Positions 1-10,643 are shown, counted from the first letter of the stretch. The stretch is 64,000 nt of DNA from Bacteroidota bacterium (GCA_029547705.1 JAKPOU010000028.1:55982-119981); one strand, 5' to 3'. The notes: generated from the sequence alone by a model not told the origin. Numbers and translations are program-made.

Positions 1-242
1 CAATCTACTTTTGGGAATAATTTATAAACATTCCGATACAATCCCTGATTTATTTTTTAATCGGCCGTCATTTTATTAATAGATATTGTATGTTCTTCGT
101 AATTTTATATTTTCATTTACTTTTACTTCATTATTATATGATACTCCAGTTAATGAGCCTGTTAATACTGGTTATTTTGCGGTAAGTCTCTCACTAAAGA
201 ACGGAATTGTTTGAATTATTGGACTAAGTTTTAGTATTTAAT

Positions 243-1511
243 CTAATATTGAACTTCCCATTCGAATTTAGCGAGTACCGGCATATGATTTATTCTTTCA
301 CGCCGGTCAAAGGAACCTGTAATAATAGAGAATCTTGCAGCAGATATAATCCAATCCTGAGGTATATCATTAATATATATTGCTACATTAACTATATAAT
401 CACCCACATTTAATGGTGGTTTAATTAATCTGCAAACAAATGAAAAATCCTCAACTGGTGGAATATCATATAATGTACCTATTAAATTTGAGTCACATGA
501 GATAAGGTTAAATAAATTGATACTGTTAATTGAAATTGAAAATCGAGCCCTTTTAAATTCTTTAAAATAATTTTTAGCAAATACTCTGATAAAAATATCA
601 TCCCCAATGGCATAAGATCTGGAATTTATTCCGTTCTCAAATATTATTTTTTGAAATTTAATATTTCCTACTCCTTTTCTGTCTTTCCTATCCAATAACA
701 ATATTTCCTTTTCAGATATTAATGAATTTAAATAATGGGTTACAACTTCCTGAGTTTTGCCAATGATTTCAACTACACCTTGTTTTAAAATAATTGATTT
801 TGTACATAATGATTCAATAGATCCCATATTATGACTCACAAATAGTACTGTTCTACCCTGTCTTTCAGAAATATCCTGCATTTTTCCAATTGCTTTTTTT
901 TGGAATTCTGCATCTCCTACAGCCAGAACCTCATCTACAATTAGTATTTCAGGCTCAAGGTGTGCTGCCACAGCAAATCCGAGTCTTACAAGCATTCCGC
1001 TGCTGTAGCGTTTGACAGGTGTGTCTATGTAACGTTCCACACCTGCAAAATCTATTATTTCATCCAGTTTTTTGTTTATTTCAACTTTCGTCATACCAAG
1101 GATAGCTCCATTCAAATAAATATTCTCACGGCCGGTCATTTCAGAATGAAATCCTGTTCCTATCTCAAGTAAAGATGCGATCCGCCCCCTGGCTTTTATT
1201 GAACCTGTTGTTGGCGAGGTGACTTTGGACAATATCTTTAACAAGGTGCTTTTGCCTGCTCCATTCTTACCGATAATTCCCAGTACTTCACCTTCTTCAA
1301 TTTCCAGATTTATATCTTTCAGCGCCCAGACATATTCGCTTTCTCCTTTTACTTCTCGGATATTTGTTTCACCTATTTTCAGATAAGGATCCTCGCGGCC
1401 GAGAATGGATGTCTGCCACCATCGGTTTAAATCATGTGACAGCGTACGGGTACTGACCAATCCGAGACGATATTGTTTGGAGAGGTTTTCTATCTTAATT
1501 ACTATACTCAT
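243..1511 (-). CDS. ABC transporter ATP-binding protein, polysaccharide/O-antigen exporter type (Wzt/TagH-like) with C-terminal extension
   Basis: 422-aa ORF. Walker A GKNGAGKST, signature-like YSSGM, Walker B ILIVDE. About 170 aa extend beyond the NBD, as in Wzt/TagH glycan exporters. Lies 8 nt downstream of the ABC-2 permease gene. Confidence 0.85.
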   Translation of the reverse strand: MSIVIKIENLSKQYRLGLVSTRTLSHDLNRWWQTSILGREDPYLKIGETNIREVKGESEYVWALKDINLEIEEGEVLGIIGKNGAGKSTLLKILSKVTSPTTGSIKARGRIASLLEIGTGFHSEMTGRENIYLNGAILGMTKVEINKKLDEIIDFAGVERYIDTPVKRYSSGMLVRLGFAVAAHLEPEILIVDEVLAVGDAEFQKKAIGKMQDISERQGRTVLFVSHNMGSIESLCTKSIILKQGVVEIIGKTQEVVTHYLNSLISEKEILLLDRKDRKGVGNIKFQKIIFENGINSRSYAIGDDIFIRVFAKNYFKEFKRARFSISINSINLFNLISCDSNLIGTLYDIPPVEDFSFVCRLIKPPLNVGDYIVNVAIYINDIPQDWIISAARFSIITGSFDRRERINHMPVLAKFEWEVQY

Positions 1512-1519
1512 TGTATGAA

Positions 1520-2368
1520 TTATACCGTGTCCATAAAGGACCGTTGTACTTTATTAAACACAACTATCCCAATAGCAAGCAAAATCAACATAAATCCGAA
1601 GGAATAGGCAAGACTGGTCCAGTTGAACGTTCCGACTCCCATGGTACCGTATTTGAATGTTTCAATGATCGATGTAACCGGATTAAGCGACATAATCTTC
1701 TGCATTTTTGGCGACATTGTACTCAACGGATAAATTACCGGAGTTGCATACATCCATAACTGAACAAAAAAAGTAAACAATATAGTAAGGTCGCGGTATT
1801 TGGTTGTCAGTGAAGAAATAAGGATACCAAAGCCTAGTGCCAGGCCTGCTAGCATCAGGATCAGGACAGGTATAAGCAGGACATATATGTTTGGCGCCAC
1901 ATCCACCTTTAACAGCAGGAAATAAATGTATACTGTGATAAACAACAAAAACTGGATACCCATACGTACAAGATTGGAAGAAACGGTTGAAAGTGGTATT
2001 ATCAGTCTTGGAAAGTATACTTTTCCAAAGATACTCTGATTAACAATAAATGTTGTTGAAGTCTTTGTCAGGCAATCAGCAAAATAATGCCAGCATACGA
2101 TCCCTGCAAGATAGAACATCGGCTGAGGCAATCCGTCTGTGGAAATCTTCGCTATACCCCCAAAAACCACCATATACATTATCGTGGTTAGTGCAGGCTG
2201 GACAAAAAACCAGACTGGTCCGAGTATCGTCTGTTTGTATTGGGTAACAATATCCCGCTTTACAAAAAGTGTGTACAAATCACGGTACTGCCAGATCTCT
2301 TTCAGATCGATCAGCAAGAGTTTGGTCTTTGGTTTAATAATGGTGGTCCAGGATTCGTCAGATGACAT
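1520..2368 (-). CDS. ABC-2 type polysaccharide exporter permease (Wzm/TagG-like)
   Basis: 282-aa ORF with about 6 hydrophobic helices. The N-terminal motif (WQYRDLYTLFVKRDIVTQYKQTILGPVW) is typical of ABC-2 permeases. Paired with the ATPase gene. Confidence 0.85.
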   Translation of the reverse strand: MSSDESWTTIIKPKTKLLLIDLKEIWQYRDLYTLFVKRDIVTQYKQTILGPVWFFVQPALTTIMYMVVFGGIAKISTDGLPQPMFYLAGIVCWHYFADCLTKTSTTFIVNQSIFGKVYFPRLIIPLSTVSSNLVRMGIQFLLFITVYIYFLLLKVDVAPNIYVLLIPVLILMLAGLALGFGILISSLTTKYRDLTILFTFFVQLWMYATPVIYPLSTMSPKMQKIMSLNPVTSIIETFKYGTMGVGTFNWTSLAYSFGFMLILLAIGIVVFNKVQRSFMDTV

Positions 2369-2451
2369 TCGTATGTTTGTTTTAAATTCTGGATTGTGAG
2401 TTTAGGTGTTCAGGAAGTAACTGTTTTATTAAGTCAGTATTCCGATATATT

Positions 2452-4899
2452 TTAAACATCTTCTTTATAATACCCTTTTACTGAGTCCGAATAACCATAT
2501 TTTCCATACTGGTTATAGTAACTGTAGCCATAGTCATAACCATAGCCCATGGCATAGCCGTAACGGAGGCCATAGCCATAGTAACCAGCAAGTTTGATAT
2601 CGTTTATAACAATTCCGAGATTCTTTATACTTTCATTTTTATGCAGATCATCAATCAGTTCCACAGTATTTTTCGTAGTATATCTCTGACGGACAACAAA
2701 CAAGAATAAATCTGAGAATGGTGAAACAAGTAAAGCATCCGTAACAATTGCAACCGGAGGAGTATCAATTATTATGTAATCAAATCTCTTTTTAGATTTT
2801 TCAATAAAATTCCTCATCTCATCAAGTTCAATCTGTTCTGCAGGATTCGGAGGGATAGGCCCAGATGGTGCAAACCACAGATTTTCTATTTCCGCTTTCT
2901 GAATGATTTCTTCAAATTTATTTTCACCTATAAGATAGGTACTGATACCCATCTCGTTATCAGTATCAAATATTTTGTGCAAACGAGGCTTTCGAAGATC
3001 CAAACCTATGAGGAGAACTTTCTTCCCTGACATTGCAATAATAGACGCCAGGTTTACTGAAACAAAAGTCTTGCCTTCCGCACTTATTGTTGATGTGATG
3101 GAAATCACCGGACATTCTGTTTCCTTAAAAAAGTATTTTAGGTTTGTACGAAGGGAACGAAATGATTCTGACAGGATTGATCCCGGATTTTCAGCCACCG
3201 GCAATTCAGTTTTATTGCCATTATGACTAATATATCCTATAACCGGGACTGCAGTTCTTTTTTCAATATCCCCTTTGTCAATGATTTTGTTATTAAAGAA
3301 ATCCAGTATCAGTATTCCTCCCAGCGGAATCAACAATCCAAACAGCAATGCCATTCTGTAATTCTTTTTTGATTTTGGCTTTATCATAATTGTACTGAAA
3401 GGTCCTGCGTAATCAATAATCCTGTTATTGGACACATTGGCAGCCTTTGCAATACCGGCTTCAGCTTTCTTCTCAAGCAGGAATGTATATACTGTATTAT
3501 TTATTTCAAATTTTCTCTGTATTTTAATTAGTTTTCTCTCAGTAGAAGGAAGTTTGTTAAGAGCGATTTCAACTTTTTTAAGACGCTCTTCCGCATCGGC
3601 AAGAATCCCGTCGATATTTTGCAATTCACTTTTAATATTTTCATTTATAGCATCCTTGACCGCAATTATAGATGAATCAAGAAATTTAACAGGTTCAAGG
3701 GATTCATCAAGGTTCATAGAAAGGATACTTTTCTGTTTCTGCAGCTGGGAAAGCTCATTTACAAGATTGGTTATAAGCTGATCGGAAACTCCCATCACTG
3801 AAGGCGCGACAATATCCCCGCTCTCATTCCTGGTTTCAATATAGTTCCTGAGATATAAATAATACCTTTTTTGTAAAGAAAGAGAGGTTTTCTCATTTTC
3901 AATTATTTCAAGCTTATTCTGAATAACAGTTCCCTCCTGGCTTATATCTATCAGTTTGTTTCCCAATCTGAAGCTTTCCATGTCCCCTTCTGCAAGGGCC
4001 AGAGAATCAGAAATGATTCCCAACTGGTCATCTATAAATGCAATAGTCCTGTCAGCCGTCTGGTTTTTAAGCTCCAGCCCTGATTGGATATAAACATCCA
4101 TTAACTTATTCAGATAATCAGCTTCCCGTTCTGCTACAGCACCAGTGGAGGAAAGAGTTACAAGAGATGCTCCTTCTGCGATCGGAATGACTGATAATGA
4201 TGATCTGTATCTGTTTGCCAGTGAAGAAGGACTGACAAAATAAAAATAATACCTGTTTGAACTTACTGTACTGAATATTTTTTCCCTCGGATTTTTTCGT
4301 TCAATTTTAAAATCGAATCCCATTTCCTTAAACTGATCTCCAAAATTCAATTCCCGTTCAAAATTAGAATCACCATTAATTTTAAGAAGAAATTTCTCCT
4401 CCGACAAAATTCTTATATTGACCGGCTTATTTAAAACCTGGTCAGAAAGCATTTTGTAGACTACAATAAAAGGATTATTTTTATACTGCTGAGTTTCAGC
4501 AACCCCCCTCTTGCCAACTTTCATGTAAACCACATGAAAATCCGGGAGCTGGTTCATGACTTCTAAATTAAGGTTGAATGATTTCAGTATCCCGATTTCA
4601 TTGTTCAGGTTTTGCTGTAAATTATAAGAGCCGGACCCCGGAAAAATATTTGCCAGTTCAGCAGTTGATCCAGAAAGTCTGTCGTCTTTGATCAGCATTG
4701 TTGAGGAAACAGTAAACATTTTCTCTCCCCACCGGTTTGTTCCATAAGCCAGGCTTAAAGTCAGGAAGAGTGCTATGGCAAACCAGTACCAGTTGCTTAT
4801 GAATAATGATACGTAACGCTTAAAGTCTATACCATCATCTTCAAATGAACTGAGATATGCCTTCCCGGATTGCGTTTTAGGAGATTGTTGCATATTCAT
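2452..4899 (-). CDS. polysaccharide co-polymerase / tyrosine autokinase (Wzc/GumC-like, PCP-2a)
   Basis: 815-aa ORF. N-terminal TM helix, long coiled-coil periplasmic region and a second TM. C-terminal P-loop kinase domain (SAEGKTF, IIIDTPP). Terminal tyrosine cluster with 16 Y in the last 47 aa. Confidence 0.85.
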   Translation of the reverse strand: MNMQQSPKTQSGKAYLSSFEDDGIDFKRYVSLFISNWYWFAIALFLTLSLAYGTNRWGEKMFTVSSTMLIKDDRLSGSTAELANIFPGSGSYNLQQNLNNEIGILKSFNLNLEVMNQLPDFHVVYMKVGKRGVAETQQYKNNPFIVVYKMLSDQVLNKPVNIRILSEEKFLLKINGDSNFERELNFGDQFKEMGFDFKIERKNPREKIFSTVSSNRYYFYFVSPSSLANRYRSSLSVIPIAEGASLVTLSSTGAVAEREADYLNKLMDVYIQSGLELKNQTADRTIAFIDDQLGIISDSLALAEGDMESFRLGNKLIDISQEGTVIQNKLEIIENEKTSLSLQKRYYLYLRNYIETRNESGDIVAPSVMGVSDQLITNLVNELSQLQKQKSILSMNLDESLEPVKFLDSSIIAVKDAINENIKSELQNIDGILADAEERLKKVEIALNKLPSTERKLIKIQRKFEINNTVYTFLLEKKAEAGIAKAANVSNNRIIDYAGPFSTIMIKPKSKKNYRMALLFGLLIPLGGILILDFFNNKIIDKGDIEKRTAVPVIGYISHNGNKTELPVAENPGSILSESFRSLRTNLKYFFKETECPVISITSTISAEGKTFVSVNLASIIAMSGKKVLLIGLDLRKPRLHKIFDTDNEMGISTYLIGENKFEEIIQKAEIENLWFAPSGPIPPNPAEQIELDEMRNFIEKSKKRFDYIIIDTPPVAIVTDALLVSPFSDLFLFVVRQRYTTKNTVELIDDLHKNESIKNLGIVINDIKLAGYYGYGLRYGYAMGYGYDYGYSYYNQYGKYGYSDSVKGYYKEDV

Positions 4900-4959
4900 T
4901 GTTTAGGATTCAAGAAACTTGGACGCATGCTTCTGGATTTCAGATATCGGTCGGTATAA

Positions 4960-5448
4960 TCATGGTCTCTCAGGAAAAATTTCCTTTAATTTTGTTCCGT
5001 CAGTGCCCGGGATAATTTCAAAAAGTCTGAAATAGGTATCCGAATCTGTAATTTCAGATACATCTTTTGGAATAAATTCTTTAGCTGCATAGGCGCTCTT
5101 TGAAAGCATGGAAGCAACTGATTCGAGTGTTTCCGATACCATTGACTGGCTAACAGCTCCGTATGAAACAATTGCACTATTCGTAAATGCAAGTTTAAGA
5201 TCAGTCTTCCCCATACCTGTTTTTGCAACAACATACTGGGGATTTGCAAGGTCCGGCAGATATATCACTGTTGATTTAATTTTATCTTTTTCTGCTTGTA
5301 ATTCCACCAATAAATAAGGCTTCACCGTGTAGTACCGTAATCCAGTTTCATTCTTCAGTCCGGGATCAGAATAGAATTTTATAGTTGCACAGCCTTGTAT
5401 TATAAAAATACCCGCCAGCATCATTAAAAGTTTGACAGAATTGTTCAT
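4960..5448 (-). CDS. lipoprotein of unknown function, between the OPX and PCP genes
   Basis: 162-aa ORF with signal peptide and lipobox (IIQGC). I recognise no conserved motif. Confidence 0.6.
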   Translation of the reverse strand: MNNSVKLLMMLAGIFIIQGCATIKFYSDPGLKNETGLRYYTVKPYLLVELQAEKDKIKSTVIYLPDLANPQYVVAKTGMGKTDLKLAFTNSAIVSYGAVSQSMVSETLESVASMLSKSAYAAKEFIPKDVSEITDSDTYFRLFEIIPGTDGTKLKEIFPERP

Positions 5449-5529
5449 ATTATCTGGTTTTAAAGTAAAGGAAAGTGCTCATTCAATATCGACTATTTAA
5501 TTTCAGATCTGTAAATGTTGTTTCCCCTG

Positions 5530-6315
5530 TTATTTTCCAAAGTAATTAATAAGTAATAATGTAGTTGTAAGTAACGATGTAGCGGTTGTAAGTATAAACG
5601 AAAAAGTAGGAAGATTCAGATTAAAGATCTTTTTTGATTCCGGTTCAACGATCACAACATCATTGGGCAGAAGAAAATAGGCTTCGCTTGATAAAATTGC
5701 TTTGTCCTGAAGGTTAAGTGTGTAAGTTTTTGTTACTCCATCAACCGGCCTTACTACAAGTAGTTTGTCACGCCGGCCGTAATCATTAATGCCCCCGGCT
5801 CTGCCAATTGCCTCAAATACAGTAAGATAATTGTTATAGTTGAGATATGTTCCGGGTGAACGTACTTCTCCTATTACTGTGAACTTGAAGCTTAACAACT
5901 TACATTCAACAGTGGAATTATTGAAATGTCTGTCTGCTGCCTTTTGAATTATTTGTCGTGCCTGTTCCAGAGTAGATCCTGCCAGTTTTATCGGGCCAAG
6001 TACCGGTATTAGTATTTCCCCGTTAACATCCACATCATATCCATACAAATATTGACCAGATTCACTTTGCGAATATGTTCCTGGTAACCGGCCTTCTCCG
6101 GAAAGGAAATCATTTATGGTACCGTCCGGCATCATCGCCTTAATTGTGATGAAAAGAATGTCCCTATACTGAATTTTGTAATCAGGTATATCCATGGTAT
6201 AGACTTGTTCATCACCTGTTACCGGAAGATTATTCAGATATGCCAGTTTCTGCTGAGAAGTACAGGCGTTTAACAGTATTACCAGAAACAATAATAAGCT
6301 GTTCTTTAATTTCAT
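5530..6315 (-). CDS. wza: polysaccharide export outer-membrane protein (Wza/OPX family)
   Basis: 261-aa ORF. Lipoprotein signal (LLNAC). Poly_export/SLBB-type motifs (YRDILFITI, VIGEVRSPGTY, GGINDYG). Confidence 0.85.
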   Translation of the reverse strand: MKLKNSLLLFLVILLNACTSQQKLAYLNNLPVTGDEQVYTMDIPDYKIQYRDILFITIKAMMPDGTINDFLSGEGRLPGTYSQSESGQYLYGYDVDVNGEILIPVLGPIKLAGSTLEQARQIIQKAADRHFNNSTVECKLLSFKFTVIGEVRSPGTYLNYNNYLTVFEAIGRAGGINDYGRRDKLLVVRPVDGVTKTYTLNLQDKAILSSEAYFLLPNDVVIVEPESKKIFNLNLPTFSFILTTATSLLTTTLLLINYFGK

Positions 6316-6548
6316 GGTGTTAAAGTCAAATATGTAATAACTTCAAATAAGAAACAAAAGGTGAAATAATAAAGTCTAGTGGAAAAAGTAAAATAAGTTG
6401 GATAAGTGTAACATCTTTTTTCCTGTTTAACTCTAACACTTACTCACGCTTCCGCTCCGTCAGTCCCAAGATTTAAATGTCCTGACCAACGTTTACTTTG
6501 CTGTATTTCACTGTCTTAAATAAGGCAGCAAGGTAACAGTAACCTTAC

Positions 6549-7103
6549 TTAATAAGCAGAATCGCTACCTCCGGAATTCCAAAGCGGGAGCAGGTCTGCC
6601 GATTTATATTTTGACAGGTATGATTCTGCTTCTGAGGGATCAAGAACTATGTAACTCACTTTTCTTTCTACTATCTTCTCAGCCTGCATAACTTTTCTTG
6701 CAAGATATTCACGATCAATACTTTTCCCAACAAAAATAAGATCTATGACCGGGCTGTCCACGCCTCTTGCGAGATCACCTGTCAGATACACACTACTTAA
6801 ATTGCCCAGGCGATGAATTACTTTTTCTATCACCCGGTCAATGCCTGTCTCTTTTAAAATAATGTTATGGATATCTTTAAAGAGAGGATGCCTGTCATTT
6901 GCCTGAAATAATTTCTTGTTACCTTCCCATATTGAATTTAAAAGTCCAGCCTCCTCGAAGCGGTTTAGTTCAATTCTAATTGCATTCGATGATTCCCCCA
7001 ATTCATTTTCTAAGCCTCTCAAATGAGCCCGTGTACTACTGTTAAGAAAAAACTTCTTCAACAGTTTTATCCTGGTTTCAGAGGTAATAAGACTTTTTAA
7101 CAT
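6549..7103 (-). CDS. winged-helix (ArsR-like) transcriptional regulator with nucleotidyltransferase-like C-terminal half
   Basis: 184-aa ORF. The N-terminus TRIKLLKKFFLN...HLRGLENELGESSNAIRIELNRFEEAGLL is wHTH-like. Sits upstream of the export operon on the same strand. Confidence 0.6.
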   Translation of the reverse strand: MLKSLITSETRIKLLKKFFLNSSTRAHLRGLENELGESSNAIRIELNRFEEAGLLNSIWEGNKKLFQANDRHPLFKDIHNIILKETGIDRVIEKVIHRLGNLSSVYLTGDLARGVDSPVIDLIFVGKSIDREYLARKVMQAEKIVERKVSYIVLDPSEAESYLSKYKSADLLPLWNSGGSDSAY

Positions 7104-7231
7104 CAGAGCAGTAGATTGAGTAACAAATTTACTCAGTGTTTTGAATTATGCAATTAAATTGAAGAAAAATTTATAAACAATTGCTGTGTATAATATTTTT
7201 CTTCTCCACGAGCATATTTATGATTTAGTAG

Positions 7232-7239
7232 TATATTTG
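7232..7239 (+). promoter_or_regulatory. candidate Bacteroidota -7 promoter box (TATATTTG)
   Basis: Exact match to the TAnnTTTG consensus, 52 nt upstream of the ORF start at 7291. Confidence 0.35.
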
Positions 7240-7290
7240 TATTGACTCTGAAGTCAATCTAAATACAGCTTGATCTGATATTCATAAACT

Positions 7291-10080
7291 ATGTTTTCAA
7301 AATCAGCAAATATGAATAAACTTATACCAATATTATTTTTTTTGGCCTTTTCACTAATTGCAAAATCTCAATTAACAGGAGACGGAACATATTCCAATCC
7401 CTGGAAAGGAACACTTGCCGGAGATCAAACCTGGAACGGCACAAAATATATTAACGGGAATATAATAGTTGATAATGAAAAATTAACCATAAGCCCGGGG
7501 ACAATAATTATATTTCTTTCCAGATCAGCCAATCTGATTATAACCGGTTCCGGCCAGCTTGAAGCTGTAGGGACAGCAGGGAACATGATACGGTTTACGG
7601 CAGATTTTAACAATAACGGGGTTTACGGTGAAACAGGTGAAACATGGGGGCATATTTCTTTTCAGAATATGGGAAATGCAGGACCATCACTGATAAATTA
7701 CTGCATAATTGAATACGGAGACGTTTCTACTGCCGGTACTGCGGATAATCCTTACAGATATGGAGGAGCTGTCCATGCTGCTTTCGATGATTTAACTATT
7801 TCAAATTGTATTATTCAAAACAACAAAGCTAAATTCGGAGGAGCTGTATTTGTTAATAAGTATTTTTCCCCGACAATAAATAATTGCTATTTTTTCAATA
7901 ATAAATCAGCTCATGCCGGTGGAGGAATATATTTTTGGGTTGGTTCCGAATCCATCGTCACAAATTGTATTTTCGATTCAAATCATTGTCTGGAACCATC
8001 GAATGAAAGATATACCGGAGGAGGTATCTGTACACAAAACGAAACCAGAATTAAGATATTAAACTGTACTTTCGTAAACAATACAACTACCCGTTCTGCC
8101 GGTTCAAGCATTGAACTTTTTGGAACCTTGGGTGGAGATACTGTTCAAAATTGTATTATTTGGGGGGACGGTGTTCATTTTTTTATGATAGGTAACTCCC
8201 ATGTTGTCCAATATTGTGCAATACAGGGTGCCTATCCTACGGGAACAGGCAATTTTCAGCTTGATTCAGGAAATTCTTCTGTCAATGGACCAAATTTTAA
8301 AACAACAGATGGATCCGACTGGTCAATAAATTATGTGTCTCCCTGCCGTGATGCAGGGACAACTCCTGAACCGGAGCTGCCTTTGGATTTTTCGGGAAAT
8401 CCCCGGATTGGTCCTTATGATATAGGTGCTTTTGAGGTACAGTACAGCCGCTGGAAAACGACTGCCTCCTCTATAAACTGGAACACTGAGAATAACTGGG
8501 ATGGAGGGATTCCGACATCCGCCAGGGATGTTATCATACCTGCAGGTGCTTCATATTACCCTGTGGAATCACCGGGACCGGACTTCACCATTGGTGCCGG
8601 AAAACAAATGATCATTGAAGCCGGAGCAAGGGCAACTCTCCGCTCTCTTAACAACTACGGCATTATTAAACTCAATCATAGCACTACGGATTTTGCATCC
8701 CTGATTCTGAACAGCTATACCAGGGGAACCGGCGGATCGGAAGAAATACAACTATTCCTCAGCGGAGGGGGAAGTGAATTAAATGAAGACTACAAATGGC
8801 ATTACATTTCAAGTCCTGTAACTTCACTATCAACAAATGTATTCACTCAGATCACAAAGAACCTAGCACAGTATATTGAAAGCAGACCTGTATTTTCACT
8901 GGCGGACGGATGGGTGGCATATGACGGCTATGTCTATTCAACAGGAAGGACCGACGGACCCACATTTTCTGCCCTTGCTCCAGGCAAGGGATATAATTAT
9001 TTCAACAGTACGGATCATACATTTACATTCGGAGGTTCGCTTAATACTTATGATGTAACAACATCTCTTGCATATACCATAGGAACCCCTCAGTCAGTGC
9101 ACGGGTTCAATCTGCTTGGAAATCCTTTCTCTTCTGGACTGAACTGGGATGATATAATTGAGGGAGTATATTATCCCTACCCGGATAATACCAGCAAGGG
9201 TCTCTATTTTACAAGAGACAATAAGCAATGTTCATATATCGCAGGCGTCGGTATTCCTTCCGATGTTACAGGCATAATACCCCCGATGCAGGGGTTTTTC
9301 AATAAAACATCCTCAGCAGGAAAATCAATAATTCTCCCGGCTGCAGCCAGAACACATGATAATATTCATTCCCGCTACAAGGGCAGCGGGATCATTCCCC
9401 TGGTCAGGCTCGCCATCCTCGAGGATGATGTCAGTAACGATGAAACGGTGGTACGGTTCAGCGAACTGGCAAAAACAGGTCTTGACAATGATTATGATGC
9501 ACTCAAAATGTTCCTTTCGTCAAAGAAAACCACAATCCATACATCACTCGGGGGAGTTGACTATGCCATCAACGGACAACCCTTTCCGGAATCAATCCTC
9601 GAAATACCTGTTGTGGTAAACGTGACATCCACAAAAACCCATAAGATTGCAAGCACCCAGCTGCAGGGACTTGACGGCTATGACCTTTACCTTACCGATA
9701 AAAGCACGGGATTCACTGCAAACCTAAAAACTAATCCGGTACTGACATTCTCGGCAGAACCGGGATTATTTAAAGACAGATTCATTCTGAAGATAGATAT
9801 CTCAACCGGAATAGGTGACATATATACATCTGCTAATTCATTCAACATTTACCAGAGCTTCGGCAATATAAACATACAGACTCTGGAGGATGCATGGGAC
9901 GGAAAAACAGGTTCCGTTAAGATTATGGACATGTCGGGGAAGATCGTCACGGATCTCAGGAATGCCGGATTCAGTAAAAACAGCGTTACGGAAGTACAGG
10001 CCCCGGCCTCCGGCGGATTGTATTTCATAGAGATCAGTTCCGGAATGAACAGGTACGTGGGCAAGGTGATGATTAAATAA
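7291..10080 (+). CDS. secreted right-handed beta-helix repeat protein with T9SS C-terminal sorting domain
   Basis: 929-aa ORF. The signal peptide probably starts at M8 (7312). Repeated NCxFxxNxAxxGGAI-type parallel beta-helix units. C-terminal approx 80 aa (..GLYFIEISSGMNRYVGKVMIK) is a typical T9SS CTD. Confidence 0.8.
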   Translation: MFSKSANMNKLIPILFFLAFSLIAKSQLTGDGTYSNPWKGTLAGDQTWNGTKYINGNIIVDNEKLTISPGTIIIFLSRSANLIITGSGQLEAVGTAGNMIRFTADFNNNGVYGETGETWGHISFQNMGNAGPSLINYCIIEYGDVSTAGTADNPYRYGGAVHAAFDDLTISNCIIQNNKAKFGGAVFVNKYFSPTINNCYFFNNKSAHAGGGIYFWVGSESIVTNCIFDSNHCLEPSNERYTGGGICTQNETRIKILNCTFVNNTTTRSAGSSIELFGTLGGDTVQNCIIWGDGVHFFMIGNSHVVQYCAIQGAYPTGTGNFQLDSGNSSVNGPNFKTTDGSDWSINYVSPCRDAGTTPEPELPLDFSGNPRIGPYDIGAFEVQYSRWKTTASSINWNTENNWDGGIPTSARDVIIPAGASYYPVESPGPDFTIGAGKQMIIEAGARATLRSLNNYGIIKLNHSTTDFASLILNSYTRGTGGSEEIQLFLSGGGSELNEDYKWHYISSPVTSLSTNVFTQITKNLAQYIESRPVFSLADGWVAYDGYVYSTGRTDGPTFSALAPGKGYNYFNSTDHTFTFGGSLNTYDVTTSLAYTIGTPQSVHGFNLLGNPFSSGLNWDDIIEGVYYPYPDNTSKGLYFTRDNKQCSYIAGVGIPSDVTGIIPPMQGFFNKTSSAGKSIILPAAARTHDNIHSRYKGSGIIPLVRLAILEDDVSNDETVVRFSELAKTGLDNDYDALKMFLSSKKTTIHTSLGGVDYAINGQPFPESILEIPVVVNVTSTKTHKIASTQLQGLDGYDLYLTDKSTGFTANLKTNPVLTFSAEPGLFKDRFILKIDISTGIGDIYTSANSFNIYQSFGNINIQTLEDAWDGKTGSVKIMDMSGKIVTDLRNAGFSKNSVTEVQAPASGGLYFIEISSGMNRYVGKVMIK

Positions 10081-10122
10081 ATTTGCCGGCTGCAAAGCCA
10101 AAGCGCCGGAACTGTTTGTAAC

Positions 10123-10153
10123 TTTGCAGCTTTGTAAACGTAAAAGCTGCAAA
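10123..10153 (+). terminator. hairpin (11-bp perfect stem, 9-nt loop) downstream of the 929-aa gene
   Basis: TTTGCAGCTTT-gtaaacgta-AAAGCTGCAAA. The trailing T-run is weak, so intrinsic-terminator status is uncertain. Confidence 0.4.
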
Positions 10154-10643
10154 TTGATTTGTACAAATTAAAATTATATGTAATTTTGTAACAATTCTGT
10201 AATACATCTCTGCTTGTGAAAGATCCTGCACAAAAAATATCAGGAAAAGAAGTATACACCAGGCCGGAAATACACAGGGTAATCCTTGACAATTCGATCT
10301 CCCTGGTGATGATGACCGATATTCCTCCCAACCCTCCGCCAAGGGAAAACTACAGAAAGGGAAACGATTCCCCCTTTGAAAGTCCGTTCGGGGATAAGCC
10401 TTTCGCTTAGATTATTCATTCATTCACCATAGTATTGAATGTCTTTCATCAATTTAAGTCATAATAATCAACACTTTTCGTAAATTCTTATTACTTTTAT
10501 ACATTGATTAATATTAATCCTGGTATAAAACTGTTGCTGATTCCTGTTGTATTGATTTTAAATTTTCCGGATAAAGGAAGCGTGTGCAACTAATTTATTG
10601 CCCGGATTGTCCTATAATTTGAATAACAGTTAATTCACCGGAT

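Noticed and set aside
1-242. Possible additional gene downstream of the ABC ATPase at the window start
   Set aside because: The candidate reading frames I spot-checked on the minus strand hit stop codons within a few codons.
9849-10410. ORFs of 160, 89 and 64 aa around the 3' end of the 929-aa gene and the following spacer
   Set aside because: The first two are antisense to or trail the T9SS cargo gene and have odd composition. The 64-aa GTG ORF has no signal, motif or promoter box. Its coding status is not supportable.
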